A stretch of 64,000 nt of DNA from Antedon mediterranea (Eukaryota > Animalia > Echinodermata), in contig NC_092680.1 of the NCBI RefSeq assembly GCF_964355755.1, positions 21,647,045 through 21,711,044 on the forward strand, given 5' to 3'. Below the pieces are notes generated by a model, which searched no databases, was not told the origin of the DNA, and was given only the letters and a program-made list of their open reading frames with translations. Made by a program: the position numbers and the translations under genes. Shown here one piece after another: positions 15,301 to 38,641 of this stretch. Within the stretch, counting starts at the first letter, position 1; each line of letters begins with the position of its first letter.

Positions 15301-17127
15301 CTTTGATGAACAATGACAATGTAAGTTTCTAATAGGTCTTCAGACATAACTCCTTTTTTTATTTTTATTTGTTTTTAACTGTTCTGTATATATCTTTTAA
15401 ATTAGGCCTATTTTGTATTTATATATGTTATAAATTTTATTGACTTTTAAACGTATAACTGGACCATTTTGGAAAGCAGTACTGCGTTACTGAAAATGCA
15501 ATCCAGTCAAAAGAAAGAATAAATAAAATAAATAAATAAAATAAAACAATTTCATACACATGTAATGGTTGCGTTTGGTGTAAATTTTTAGATAAACCAG
15601 CTGTTTCAAAAACCCAACTCAGGACCAGAATAAATACCTTTAGCTTTACTGTTAATGCAGATACTGCCATCTGTAGTAATCAAATCTATTGCCATAGTAT
15701 TCAAATCAACTTTAAAATTACAGATTCATATAATACATAAGTGAGAAACACTGAACATAACTAGAAATAAAACATTAGTTATAGTCTCTTTCTCTGGTCT
15801 CTCGATACAAGACCACATGTACAAACAAATAGCAGTGGTACTAACATCATTTGAGTAATTGATCATGTCTATTAATTGTTTGAGTTGTTTTCAACATTGC
15901 AACATTTTTTACGATGCGGGTAAAGCTTGGAGAGTCTTTCTTAGTTCCGTTTGACATACATACATGTATTTGGTTGTCTTCCTTCAGATTTGGGCCAACA
16001 TTCAACCATCAGATGCAGCAAACATGATGGATTTTGACACCACCAAGACGACATGCTGGAAGCCATTCTTTAATCGTGCTTATCCAAACCCTGGACTCTC
16101 AAGTGTACAGGTTAGCTATTCTTAAATGTTTTTGTACTATTTTGTATGTTAATTTGTATAAATTATTATCTATTGTGTATGCTGATTTGTAATTCATTAC
16201 GGTATAGAAAATTTCAAAACAATAGCATTTACTTTTAAATATTTGTAATACTAAAGTAATTAATTAATTAATAATACAAGGTCAAAGGTTGCATTTACAA
16301 ATGAAACAAAGATAGTTAAATGTTGCACTTATTATTCTGAGTTTGGTCATAATTGTTATATTGGTTCTTTTCAGCCAAATGAGTTGACTTACATAGACAC
16401 CAGCCCACAGACTGTACTTAGGCTTCAAGACAGGTAAGTTCTTTCCATTAGCCTGTATTCCAATGCGTGTATGTTCATTATTTAAAAGGATTGTATAATA
16501 TATTTTTTTTGTTCTTTGTTTTCTAGAATTGAAAAGGAACTACGTGATTCCATAATGAATTGGCGCCCTCGTCATATTACTCGCTGGAATCGCTACTGTA
16601 CTCAAGTTTTTAGAAAAATACTCACTTCCTTGGAGTTTAATAAATCCCGAGTAACTGAAAACAAAACTGAAGCTGCTGATATACTTAGTTCTTATAATGT
16701 AAGTGATAATGTCACGATGTTAAAAGTGTTGATGTCATAATTGTAAGAAAACTGATGATGTCATAATGTTTGTACAATTTGAACAACAAAATAATTGCAA
16801 ATTTTACTTTTTTAACTGAATACAACCAATTCAAATAGTAAATAAAGTCAGCAATGGCACCAACATTTGACTGTGAAGTTGGCCTTAGCTTCTTAGCATG
16901 TAAACATCACCATCACTACTTGCTTGTCTTTCTTACAGCTTTGTGGATTTCCTCTTCATATGTCTTACACTGACATGAAAACTGTGATTGAAAAAGTCAA
17001 AAGCACTGGAATACATGAGAATGAATCAGCTAACATTGAATTTGCTCTTGCTGTCTATATCCATCCCTACCCTAATAATATACTCTCGTTGTGGATTTAT
17101 ATGGCGTCATTGAGTAGGAAGAGGTAG
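337..17127 (+). CDS. CC2D2A: Coiled-coil and C2 domain-containing protein 2A (ciliary transition-zone MKS6); multi-exon, probably 5'-partial
   Basis: GT-AG exons in consistent phase, approximately: 337-447, 923-1217, 1535-1674, 1786-1914, 2277-2486, 2862-2983, 3393-3533, 3942-4098, 4703-4889, 5312-5471, 5992-6076, 6461-6611, 7359-7506, 7638-7775, 8201-8413, 8698-8790, 9200-9290, 9618-9785, 9949-9979, 10083-10191, 10663-10858, 13046-13186, 13787-13984, 14493-14584, 15072-15320, 15989-16110, 16375-16433, 16527-16698, 16940-17127. Recognised peptides: [52 protein letters not shown] (C2), [63 protein letters not shown]. Confidence 0.93.
530..770. mobile_element. Family C internal fragment
   Basis: gaatatgcc...ttacctgaaaaaact...ttttggttgaattta...gattaacttta...taattaatcttcattttt matches 38379-38616. 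Confidence 0.65.
1341..1463. mobile_element. MITE family A, left end missing
   Basis: Core tgtgatgtgcccatatatggacatgatgatgtcatat...gcacatcacacttttt and right TIR agtttgatagtgtagacatagct|taa. Confidence 0.8.
5526..5652. mobile_element. MITE family A (PIF/Harbinger-like), complete copy
   Basis: TIRs agctctgtctacactatcaaact ... agtttgatagtatagacaaggct, with TTA on both sides (3-bp TWA target duplication). Confidence 0.85.
5792..5941 (+). repeat. About 49-bp tandem repeat (3 units)
   Basis: agacccccaccccctctctctgtggaaacacccttttaagtggacatcca repeated three times. Confidence 0.9.
6895..7326 (+). repeat. 44-bp minisatellite (about 10 units) in a CC2D2A intron
   Basis: Unit ctctatactgggtgacctctgtagtacacctttttgccatatat; it ends about 30 bp before the acceptor at 7357-7358. 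Confidence 0.95.
7845..7960. mobile_element. MITE family A
   Basis: Same core in reverse orientation plus agtttgatagtgtagacagggct|taa. Confidence 0.8.
9345..9583 (+). mobile_element. Diverged tRNA-derived SINE
   Basis: gtggcttggtggtta (A box) ... gggttcaagtcc (B box); no complete cloverleaf; A-rich tail aaataaatagaataga. Confidence 0.55.
10319..10703 (+). repeat. 64/67-bp minisatellite (6 units) made of intron end + acceptor + exon start of CC2D2A
   Basis: Unit ttactctttgtttttgacagAGCACCAAATAATGACTACTCATCTACCAACTT(t/acaa)agtattaatg; AG positions at 10335, 10399, 10463, 10527, 10594 (mutated to TG) and 10661. Confidence 0.95.
10663..10858 (+). CDS. CC2D2A: CC2D2A exon (C2-domain region) that follows the duplicated-acceptor array
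   Basis: tttttgacag acceptor at 10661-10662; peptide [26 protein letters not shown]...[17 protein letters not shown]; donor gtaacg. Confidence 0.85.
13312..13470. mobile_element. MITE family A, near-complete
   Basis: tatcaaactttatgtgac...atatcactaccatatttgg (x2)...agtttgatagtgtagacagagct|taa. Confidence 0.85.
14049..14232. mobile_element. Tc1/mariner (Tigger-like) MITE, diverged
   Basis: ta|cagtcaactctctcaatac ... gtattaagagaattgact: imperfect TIRs. Confidence 0.6.
16940..17127 (+). CDS. CC2D2A: CC2D2A terminal exon
   Basis: cttacag acceptor; [10 protein letters not shown]...[29 protein letters not shown] then TAG. Confidence 0.9.
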
Positions 17128-18277
17128 GAATAGAGGTGACACCATTTAGCAGGAAGACATAGTACATGCCATCATTAAGCAGGGAGTAAGTAGTACTCTG
17201 TGATAGCATCAGCAACAAGATGTACTGTATATGTGAACACATGGCACATGCTACCCAAAGAGAAACTGCAATAGATTACTGTAGGCCTACTGTGACATCA
17301 GCAACATATGTATTTGGCATTAGCAACATGGTAGTTGTGAATACATGACATGGCATACGCATAGAGAGACTGTAGGTCGTAGGTCTATGACGTCAGCAAC
17401 AAGATACAGTGATACATATTTCACCAGCAAAAGAGGTCCTCACCTCATTACTAGGCATAAATATAGGAAATCCAGGCATTGCTAAGGATGATGTACTTAT
17501 TTACCTTGAATGTGACTACCTTGATGATATTTTATTTATATATTTTATAACCAAAGAGTTCATTCCATAAAATGTGATTGGCTATTAATTACATCAGCCT
17601 CTATTTATGCCAGTAAATAAACATAATCAATATTAAATATTCTGTTCAAACTATTGTTCTTTAATGAACCTTGTTTAAATAGACAATATCCGAATTCATT
17701 TAAATCGTTTTCTTTTCTATTCTGGTTTTATAAATAAACTTTGTGCAATAGCCTACAATTGTTGTCCAATGTTTTATTGAATTTCTTGAATTAGTAATGA
17801 TGTTGATTAAAGAGTGTGAATTAATTGGTAACATACAACCAGCCTAGATCCAACTACTATTCTATAATAAGAATAATGTGTATAACCATGGCATGGAGGT
17901 ATAAAATAAAACCTCCATGGTATAACCGAACACTACTTCCGAATTACACAGTTGTTTAAAACACATATTTTTCTTTATCTTTCTCAATTTTTTTTTTACC
18001 TTTTCAAATGTTAATATTCTGTATTATTTTTTCTATGGAATGTCCCAGTACTTTTTGAATGTTTTTTTGTAAATACAATTTTCAGTGTAGTTATCCGTCA
18101 ATTGAAATCATACGTTAACTGATAAATACCGTCTCTGAAGTGTTATCACGTATTAAAAATACGTACCGGCGATGATGTAATAAAAGTACCGATTTGACCT
18201 ATTGTTGACCTTTGAAATGAAATAAGCATTTTTTGCTGGCGGCGCGAGATGGCGTGAGGTTTATAATTAGTGAACTT

Positions 18278-21104
18278 ATGGCGAGAGAAATTAGAAATAA
18301 AGACAGCAAGATGAAGAAGAAAACAAATTCAGAAAGAACATACTATGCCGATGGTTACCGAAAACGGTCTGCGAGTCTTTGCTTTCGTACATCCGACTTT
18401 GATGAGGTATTAACTTTCGATTGACCACCTAGTAGATAGGCTAGGCCTAGGCCATGAATGAGGGAAGCGAGTGATCAGTCGAACATGACCGGAGTTTGGT
18501 TGCTTGGCATCCCCGGTCTGTGTTTGTGTGACGTTTGATATGGTTAAACAAAATAAGCCTAGGCCTACTACGCTATAGAGAGTACTGCTGTTAATATGAT
18601 ATGGATGCCAAACAAAAATTCCTGTAACTGTATGTCGTAATAATATTAAATTAAGGATTTTGGATAATAATTAATATAATAGATTGCAAAATAAAATAAA
18701 TAAATAAACATTTACATTTTTGTTATTTTATTAATTGCCATCACGGCGGGAATTCCCCCAAACATTTTGACACGTACTACAGTCAGCGTAGGAGTTGTAC
18801 AACTCCCTGCTACAGTGACACACACACACAGGCCTGGGAAAGCAACTGTTACTTGTTAGTGTCTGTAAACTATATCAAACTATTTTTTTTTTAAAGGTGC
18901 CAGTATTCCTTGTAAAAAAAAATTAGGACAAGAAACTTCTTTTTTTTACATTTGTTCTTTTTAACATTTTCAACAACAATGGTCTATCATCCTTCCTTAT
19001 CCAATAATATAGGTTCTACTCGTTTCATCAACCGGCTCGCCTGAAAACTGGGTCGTACCTGGTGGAGGACTTGAACCAGACGAGAGTGCTGGAGATGCAG
19101 CAGTCAGAGAACTCAAAGAAGAGGTACAGTATAGTTATAACAAAATTATATGTTTTACATCTTGTTTGCAGCGGGGTTTGCAGCAATTCATTTTTTTTCT
19201 CTTCCACTCTCACGCAGCTTATGTTCAAATATTTAAGTTTGTTTTCATGTATACTAGATTTTAGTACCGTACTGACGCGGGTATAAGCCCATACTCGGGT
19301 ATAAGCCCACCCCCGACTTTTGACTAATTTTCATGAAAAATTAGGCACTCGGGTATAAGCCCACCCATTAATTCGAAGATCTACAGTGTGTGTCGTAATA
19401 CATTATTTTGTATTTGGCGACGTCCATACACCGAATACACCTACCTTTGATCATAACCAAGCTAGGCTAATATACGCTAGGCCATATGAGGCCTAGCGGT
19501 CCTGTTTTGTTTACACTCCATCGTGGTCGATGATCGCTTCACACACGACGCTACAAGTCGCCAAAACGGAAAACCACTATTTGGTATCGGCTGCCATAAA
19601 CAAGCTTATTAAATTTCTTTGGTACATTTCTATGTAACGAACATTGTATACTTGCTTTTCTGCTTGATAAATTCTTGTTCAATTGATGTTTAAAATAAGA
19701 TATTCTACGATAAATTACACGAACTATAAGCTTAATTTTCAGACACTCTACACCTCGTGTATTTAGAGGCAACGTCGTACACGTGAGGGCGCTCGCTCGC
19801 ATGGTGGAATACACAGTGTACATGTGCTGTTTTTGACGATCTGCATTTTTGGATCCTCGGGTATAAGCCCACCCCCCAAACTTGACGTGATTTCATGTTC
19901 AAGGGGGGTGGGCTTATACCCGCGTCAGTACGGTAATAGCTAACATTGTCAACAATCAGGGGCCACTCCGGATGTAAACCCCTGGGGATTTAGAGGACTA
20001 TCCCCGGTACCATACAAAATGATCATATTTTTTGTTCAAAACAAATCAATAAAACTCTTATAATGTATTGTTTTTGTTATAAGGCTGGCGTTATTGGTAG
20101 AGTTGGGAAACATATTGGAGACTTTGAGCTTGAAGAAGGAGGAAAGAAGAAAAGGACTTCAGTATTTTGTTTAGTGTTTGAAGAAGAGTTGGATGAGTGG
20201 CTGGATAAAACAGAGTCAGGTAAATGATGCAATCATGTTAGATCATGTTGAGGGGGTAATGAATTATTATATTTTTTAGGAAACATTCCTTATCAATTGA
20301 TGGGTTTTTGTGTTTTTTTTTCTCTTTCGTGGAGTAAACAGTAACACCACGTTTATTCACCTTAATATCATCCATTAATATCATCATTCATGTTGATATA
20401 AAGTTTTCGGTACACCGCGTAGTTCTGAAAAGAACTGTTGAGTTTCGAAACGTCGAGAAACTCAACAGTGCTTTTCAGAATTAATATACATGGTGTGCCG
20501 CAAACTTTATATCAACATTTGATTTTGCCAATGCAAACCTTCAAACAATCATTCATTTCATCAGTAAAATCATATTATATTATTTTCATTATTATCACAT
20601 TTTTGTCAGTGGTAGGCCTATTAAATTTTGTAATCACTCTCTATTCCATATTACCTCCTTTTTTCATTAATTCTCATTAATTATACTTTTCTATGCTACA
20701 CTTCCAGAAGATGTAATGGTTTAAAAAGCAAAACAATTGATGGGGTTTGGTAATGTTGATAGGACCCTTAGACTAAAGCGTGGTTCCCACTAGCGATGCA
20801 ACACAAGGACGTAACGCAACGCAAGTGAATTAACCAATAACAAGCGATGGCTTATTCGCTTGTGATTGCTAACTGTCTATAACTTGCTTGTCATTGGTTA
20901 AAACGCTTGCGTTGCGTTTACGTTCTTGCGTTACGTTCTACTGGGAACCAAGCTTAAGTGTTAAAACGTGTACAGTAAGATGTTCATACTTTGTTGACAG
21001 GTCGAAGAAGGATGTGGTTTAATATAAAGGACGCCCTCAACGAACTAAAGAAATACAAACATTCTCAAAGTATATACCTTGAAGAATCGTTAAAAACCAG
21101 GTGA
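18278..21104 (+). CDS. NUDT3: Diphosphoinositol polyphosphate phosphohydrolase (DIPP, NUDT3/NUDT4 family Nudix hydrolase)
   Basis: Exons 18278-18406, 19013-19123, 20084-20219, 21001-21104 join in phase to give RTYYADGYRKRSASLCFR / VLLVSSTGSPENWVVPGGGLEPDESAGDAAVRELKEE / AGVIG...EWLD / GRRRMWFNIKDA. This contains the Nudix box GGGLEPDE-x5-AVRELKEEAG. The start could instead be the ATG at 18311. Confidence 0.9.
19267..19933. mobile_element. Non-autonomous Tc1/mariner (pogo/Tc2-like) DNA transposon in NUDT3 intron 2
   Basis: TA|ccgtactgacgcgggtataagccca ... tgggcttatacccgcgtcagtacgg|TA: perfect TIRs of about 25 bp, TA duplication, and subterminal cgggtataagcccac repeats at 19296, 19350 and 19858. 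Confidence 0.9.
20777..20954. mobile_element. MITE family B (PIF/Harbinger-like)
   Basis: TAA|agcgtggttcccactag...acgcaacgcaag...cttgcgttgcgt...ctactgggaaccaagct|TAA; a long imperfect hairpin. Confidence 0.85.
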
Positions 21105-22474
21105 CTATCAACAAGTGACTCAAATAGTAATGGACATGACATACATTAATGAGTCTCATTGGACAAGAGCCTACTCAGTTACATGAAGTATGGAAAGTGC
21201 ACAGTTTAAACAGGTATACTGGGACTCTATCGGACAATACCATTTATAGGAGAGGGGGATATATAATAGCCTAAGTATTGTGCCACTATAATTCATGCTT
21301 TGCATTCAATTTAGAAGAAAGATATACTTTAATATAAAAGTAAAAGTGTATAGATTTATAAACGATAGACTTGTACTAGTACATTTTAATATTCAATTTC
21401 CTAACTGTCATTTGTAGACTTCCTAAATACAATAAGTACACATATGTCTGCCATTTTTACATTTATAGATTGTAAAATCTTTTCAGAATTTATTTATATC
21501 AGACATAGTATTAAATCTATGGAACAAATGTTACAAGAAGATAATGAATTATATAAGAAAAAACACAATTTACAATATTTATATTATGCAAAGTAATAAA
21601 TTCAGGGAAAAATTTCATTTAAAAATTTTGTTTAGCAATATTGCTAATCAAACTGATTTTTGAGTCAAGGAACATAGTTTTGTATTGTATTTTTTGCTAT
21701 ACAATTTTAGAAATGTGTAGCAATAAGGTTGTTTTGTATAGCTTTTTGCTATGCTACACTGGCGAAATTATTCCCTGAAATTTAAGAACTGTTTCTACTC
21801 CCAAACTCAAAATATTGAATTATACTATAGTATACACAAATGTGTATGTGTTGTTCAATTGACTATATAGTATTACATTTTATACTCTGATCTAACATGG
21901 AGGGGTCATTGACTTCATGTTTAAATATCTCAATCTCTAATCTATACAGTAATAATATATATAGCAATAATAGGTGGGGGAGGGAGGGGGATGGTGAATT
22001 TGTCACCCATAATACTTTCCTTCACCTGCTGTTAACTCCACTATACAGTATTTCCATATGCCCACCATTTTAGTATCTGTATTATTATTAGTATACCTTT
22101 GTTTGGCTTCAAATATTTGCCACACACCTTAAATAATTCGTAGCAAAATCCACCCTCCCTGGTTGAAATACTTATTGCTTACAATTTTATCTGAACACTT
22201 AAATCATGGTCAATCTTCATAGCTTCAAATTGTCATTTTATTTGTATTTAATAATAAAATTATTAATTCATGTGTATTCTGTATCACAGAATTTCCATTT
22301 AGTTATTTTGTCTTTTCTGCAACTAAATAGTAATGCAGTATAAGAATTAGACTGTGGGCTCAAACACGGGACCCTCAGTATGCAGTATAAAAATAAAGTA
22401 GGTGTGTGGTTGGCAAGTAAGCATGAAAAAGATAATGTACTAAAATTGTGTCAAAATGTACAGTCTGAGGCATG

Positions 22475-22626
22475 AGCTTGGTTCCTACTATATAGCAAGC
22501 AATTTGCAAGGATGCACTGTACTTTTACACGAATAACGATTTGACCAATAGCAAGAGATGGATCACAAAATGTTTCAGACTTCAATTACCTGCGTCCTTG
22601 CACTGCATTCTTGTGGGAACAAAGCT
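22475..22626. mobile_element. MITE family B, diverged
   Basis: agcttggttcctacta...gcaagga...accaatagcaag...tccttgc...gtgggaacaaagct|taa. Confidence 0.65.
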
Positions 22627-23150
22627 TAACATATTAGATATTATAAAGAGAAGACAAGATAATTACATTCAGCATTTTAAATTAAACCTTTTTGAACTAT
22701 TTCTAAAATATGAATTTATAATTTTTATCTATAATCAAATTTTCTAAATCTAAACTAGATATAATTAAGTTAATTATATGACATTTATTATTGCTCTTTA
22801 AGAAGAATGTCACAATCGTTTATTATTTATTAAAATAATGAGATTTCTACATTAATAATAAATAAATTGATGTGACACTATTCTGTTTGTTTTAATTCTT
22901 GCCTTTACTGTATAATTAATTTTTCTGTGGTGTCATTTTGGATTACTCCATGATGTACCCTTATGATTGAGGGCGCTGTCTGACAATTTGTTAACTTGGT
23001 GTCATCAAAATGCGTGCTGGTGTTACTGTTGTAATTTCACGTACACAGACAGGGATCAGACAGTACATGTGCTTATCGAATTTTGTTTGTCAAAACAATT
23101 AGAAATTCCAAACTGGTATAACCACCAATTCGGTTATATCATAGATTAAT

Positions 23151-34227
<11,077 letters not shown>

Positions 34228-34536
34228 AGTATATTTTACATGTTTAATCACAAACTGTGAATTTTTGGTGCTTTTCAATAATTAGTTTATTTACAAACAC
34301 AAAATTGTGTTGTAGCGCCCTCAATGTGGCTGATGTAAAGAATATCACATGAGACTATTATGGTGCTCTGGACCAGGCCTGTGTTACTTGTTGGCCTTGG
34401 ATATTGTATGTTATGTTATGATGTTTGGTTTTGCATAATTGTAGTACATGTGCAGTTACTCAACATTTTTTGTATAAATGTATTTTTAGCAGTAGTTTTC
34501 AAATACCTTGATTAGGTGGGCTTATATTTCATATAA

Positions 34537-34846
34537 GGGCGTGTGGCGCAGTGTGTTGGACTAGCGATCGTCAGACCTAGGTTCGAATCCAACTCTCGCC
34601 GCATTGCTTGTATCCGTAGGCAAGATACTTTGCTTACGTTGCCTCTCTCCACCCAGGTGTATAAATGGGTACCCAGTTAGATCTAGACACAACTTTGCGC
34701 TGGTTACCGGCTGCATTATGGGAGTATGTTTCCATACGTGTTTGATCCCAAAAAAATACTGGGGTAATAATGCTTGTAAAGCGCCTTTGAGCATGATTAC
34801 TCATGAAAAGGGCGCTATATAAATGTGGTATTATTATTATTATTAT
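34537..34846 (+). mobile_element. tRNA-derived SINE downstream of DDX43
   Basis: A box (tggcgcagtg) and B box (ggttcgaatcc); conserved core ctctccacccaggtgtataaatgggtacc seen in invertebrate SINE2 families; L2-like tail tgtaaagcgcc...ggcgctatataaat followed by (att)n. Confidence 0.85.
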
Positions 34847-34933
34847 ATAATTCTAAGCTTGTTCTAAAATCTATTATGTGTTTCAAGAATGCCCTCTGTT
34901 GAGTGCATTTGTTTCAAACCTACCAGTTACACT

Positions 34934-35072
34934 CACAGCTAGGCCGGTCACAGCTAGGCCGGTCACAGCTAGGCCGGTCACAGCTAGGCCGGTCACAGCT
35001 AGGCCGGTCACAGCTAGGCCGGTCACAGCTAGGCCGGTCACAGCTAGGCCGGTCACAGCTAGGCTGGTCACA
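34934..35072 (+). repeat. 15-bp minisatellite (9 units)
   Basis: cacagctaggccggt repeated about nine times. Confidence 0.95.
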
Positions 35073-38000
35073 CCAGTCAAAGTACAAAACATTATTAACT
35101 TGATTTACTAGATAATCTCAGAGAAGATTACTGTAAATCTGTAGAAATGAAAAAGCTGTTGAGCTATCATTCATTCTACGTCATTGTTTATAAGAACATT
35201 ATTAGGACATGGAACCAATGGCTTTAATTATGGCCCAAATTTTACTACAGTATTATAATATCTTATTATAGAATAGCACAATAGAATATCTAAGGACCAA
35301 TGTGTGTTGTTTGTTTAATGCGGCAGTACATTACTTATTCTTCTATTTTTTTAATAGAACAATTATTTGATTTGCAGCTTATTGGCATCTGCAGGTTTTA
35401 TGCAAATTACTGTACATTTCAAATATCTTGTAAACTTTATTATCATTTGGCGCCCTCTACATTTTCTTATTTGTTTATTTATAAGTGGGAACAAGTATGT
35501 TATTTTTGTAATACAATTTGTATTGTGTGAATAATGATATATACCTAAAAAAAGTTCCAAAAAAGTATATTACTATATATCTGACATTTTGATATACCTG
35601 TTTTTTTATTGTCATTTTCGTGTAGGAAGCATGTTTATTGGTACAGTCTCGTTCCTTTTTGCAATTTGCTAAAAATACAGGAATCAGTAATTAATTCAAC
35701 CTAGTAGACTGGTATAATTGAGTTCATTTTTGCAATTTAGTTTTTTTTAAATTATATAATATGGGGGTGGGGGGGTGGGGTGGTGACATAATAATTAAAA
35801 GACAAAAGGGAATTACTTAGGCTGTTTAGCAATTGTCATATTTCCTGTACACCCGGATACACTGTACTCTTCAGTTGTAATCATAGTAGACCACTGTTTC
35901 TATTTTCGTACAAATTACATTTTTAGAAAGTGATTTAATACGAACACATTTTTTATAGTTGACACATTAAAATAAATAAATAAAATTTAAAAAGGTTAAT
36001 AGATAATACTGTAATTCCAAAGACCTTTTAGTAGGAACTACTACAAAACTCAACATTGGCCGAAATTTTATAAGACACAGGATATTTCTTCTTGTTTGTT
36101 CCACAGGAAATATGTGCCATTAGTAGGGATTTCTCCCAAAGGGCAGGTTGTACTCTGTATGATAAATCAGATAATAATAATAAGACAAATTTGGGCCTAC
36201 AAATCCTTAAACAGCTAGTGAGTAAATTCTTATTTTTTTATAATTTTTTTGTCACCGAATCCATTGGAAAAAGTATATAATGTCACATTTGATAAGTTTA
36301 TTAAAATAATGTTTGTTTTATATGTTGTTTTACTTTCTGATTTTTATAACTTTGTTATTGTACACCATAAATCATTTGACCTTTGAACCTTATCAAACCT
36401 TTAAGATCGTTATCTGTATAGTAACATTACTACCTGTTTTATACAATTAAACAAACTATTAATAGTTATTGATCGAATGTTTTATCTCATTGTGAATTGA
36501 TTCGAAGCTGGACAACGAACGAACGTGGCTGGAGGCTATAACCTTCACCGTAACTCAACCCATAGATGGCGTTTTCACAATCTGCAAAAGCTGTGTAAAC
36601 AACTTATTACTAAATGTTTTACCTCTTTACATGCATTCTACGATGTAGGTTATTTTATACTTGTTACCACAAACGGGAAACACTTTTTTTTGTCATATTA
36701 TCGTGAGAGTGTAAAAATGGCGTTTTTCAACTTTTTTTTTTTTAACAATAACATTCAAACAAGCAAATCGTCATAAATTGCGCTATTAGTCCTATATTTT
36801 TTAGTAACTGTGATATCCCAAAAATGGATTGTTTTTTCAAAGAATGTTTTCTTGTCTAGTGGACCTAATGAAGATGAATAAAAATATTGAATAAAATATT
36901 ATGTTAAGTAAGAGTTGTTTTCAATCAACCAGTATAAAAGTCCTAGAATGGCCCGCTGGTAGGCATAGTTTGGTTGTCTGCAAAAACTCTGTTTTTATTA
37001 TCGTATATTTTCTCATCTTTACTTTTTTTATTTTAGTTATTTAACAATAGTGTAAAACAGAATAAAAACCCTAGTAGCTGTTTCGTAAAAACCCTAGTAG
37101 CTGTTTCGTAAATGTATGTATTGCGGTGGTACGCCATGTATTTCAATTTTTTCGATGTTTTGATCAATTTGCTTCGATCATCTTCAGAGGAGTGAATGAC
37201 TTTTATGAAACATAACGAATATGATTAAGTTGCTGACATTAATTAAGTGATATATTGGTAGACGAACTTAAGTTGTTGTGTTGATGACCAATTGCAGTTG
37301 AGTGTCACTGTACCTAAGCAAGTACACAATTAGCATGTGCTAAGATTATATACGGTGTTAATTTGAATTCCAAACAAAGGTTTTAAAAGGGTCCAACCCG
37401 GTACCCTCGTTCGATCCAAAACCATATTGATAATGACATGGCTATGTGTCTGGTATTTTATGTACTTCTCATATACCGACAAACGGCTGTTGTAAGACCT
37501 TAGGGGATTCTAGGCCGGTTTGCATCGCCCTTAATGTTAATGCAGGTAACACCTATCGCCTGGATATCGCCTGGCTCTCGCGACCCTAACTGGTGTTGTA
37601 GTCATTCTTGTAGATGATGAGGCTTAGCTTGGGAATGTTTTCTGTCCGAGTTACTCAATTATGACAGCGCTTGGTGTGATATTAATTTAGTTATTTTTAC
37701 ATGAGGCAGTGATAGTAATTAAACGCCTCAAGTCTCGCCTTCCGGGTTATTGTCCTCTAGTTCATGTTCACACAAAAATATTACATAAAATTATTGTTAA
37801 AACAAAATATTTTAGAGATATTTGTTGAAAAGTTATCAATTTGATTTATTGGGCAAATGAGATGTTTGCAAATAAGAAACAACCAAAATGTCGGTTTATT
37901 TAATTTAAACCCCAAATTAAAGATTTGGGATGTCAAGTTATTTCCCCGTTTTTCCGATGTTTTAGATTTTACCAAACGAAATACATTGATTGTTTTTTCA

Positions 38001-38328
38001 AATTCAATAAATTTAAGTACATGTTATCTGAAAGTAAACCGAAACTAAGTTCGTTGTATTACTGGTTTACAATTTGAATTGATTGAATTAATTCGCTCTA
38101 AAAGAAATTCGATTTTTTGTTTCAATAACTCAGATTATTATCATCATCATATTACGCTGTTAGTCTTGGGTAGACATTACGTTCGCTAATCGTTCCAATG
38201 ATTCTCTTTCGTGTCCAGATTGTCTGTCATTAACCTTTCAATTTATGTTTTTTTACTTTTTAACTCGTAACTTGTAGTGATACAACATTGTAAGCAACGT
38301 TACAGTATATATTTACTTCTTTTATTAA

Positions 38329-38641
38329 AGATGTATTGTCCCCTTGAAAAATTAAAATTAATTAATTTTTTGTTGTTGAATATGCCATTTTAATATCACA
38401 TAATAGTTATCCACTTTGATCAAAAATTGGATCTAAACAAAATGTATTTACCTGAAAAAACTGCAATTTAAAGCAAAAAATGGTCAAATGGATTTTTGGT
38501 TGAATTTAACCATTTATTATGTTATTTTTTCCGTGTTTTTTTCTACGGAAATGATTAACTTTATTAAAACTACAAAATAACCTATTCAAAGTCTGATTTA
38601 ATTAATCTTCATTTTTCATGTTTTTGGAGGACAATGCATCT
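38329..38641. mobile_element. Non-autonomous TTAA-flanked DNA transposon (Kolobok-like), family C
   Basis: TTAA|agatgtattgtcccc ... ggaggacaatgcatct|TTAA; the internal sequence is shared with 530-770 and, inverted, with 49377-49684. Confidence 0.8.

Noticed and set aside
17125-17133. Stop-codon read-through of CC2D2A
   Set aside because: A second in-frame TAG follows one codon later.
34537-34600. tRNA gene
   Set aside because: It has A/B boxes but no full cloverleaf, and it continues into a SINE core and tail.
34878-35111. PVTAR / VTGLA / SQLGR repeat ORFs
   Set aside because: Artefacts of a stop-free 15-bp repeat that is open in several frames; no splice or homology support.
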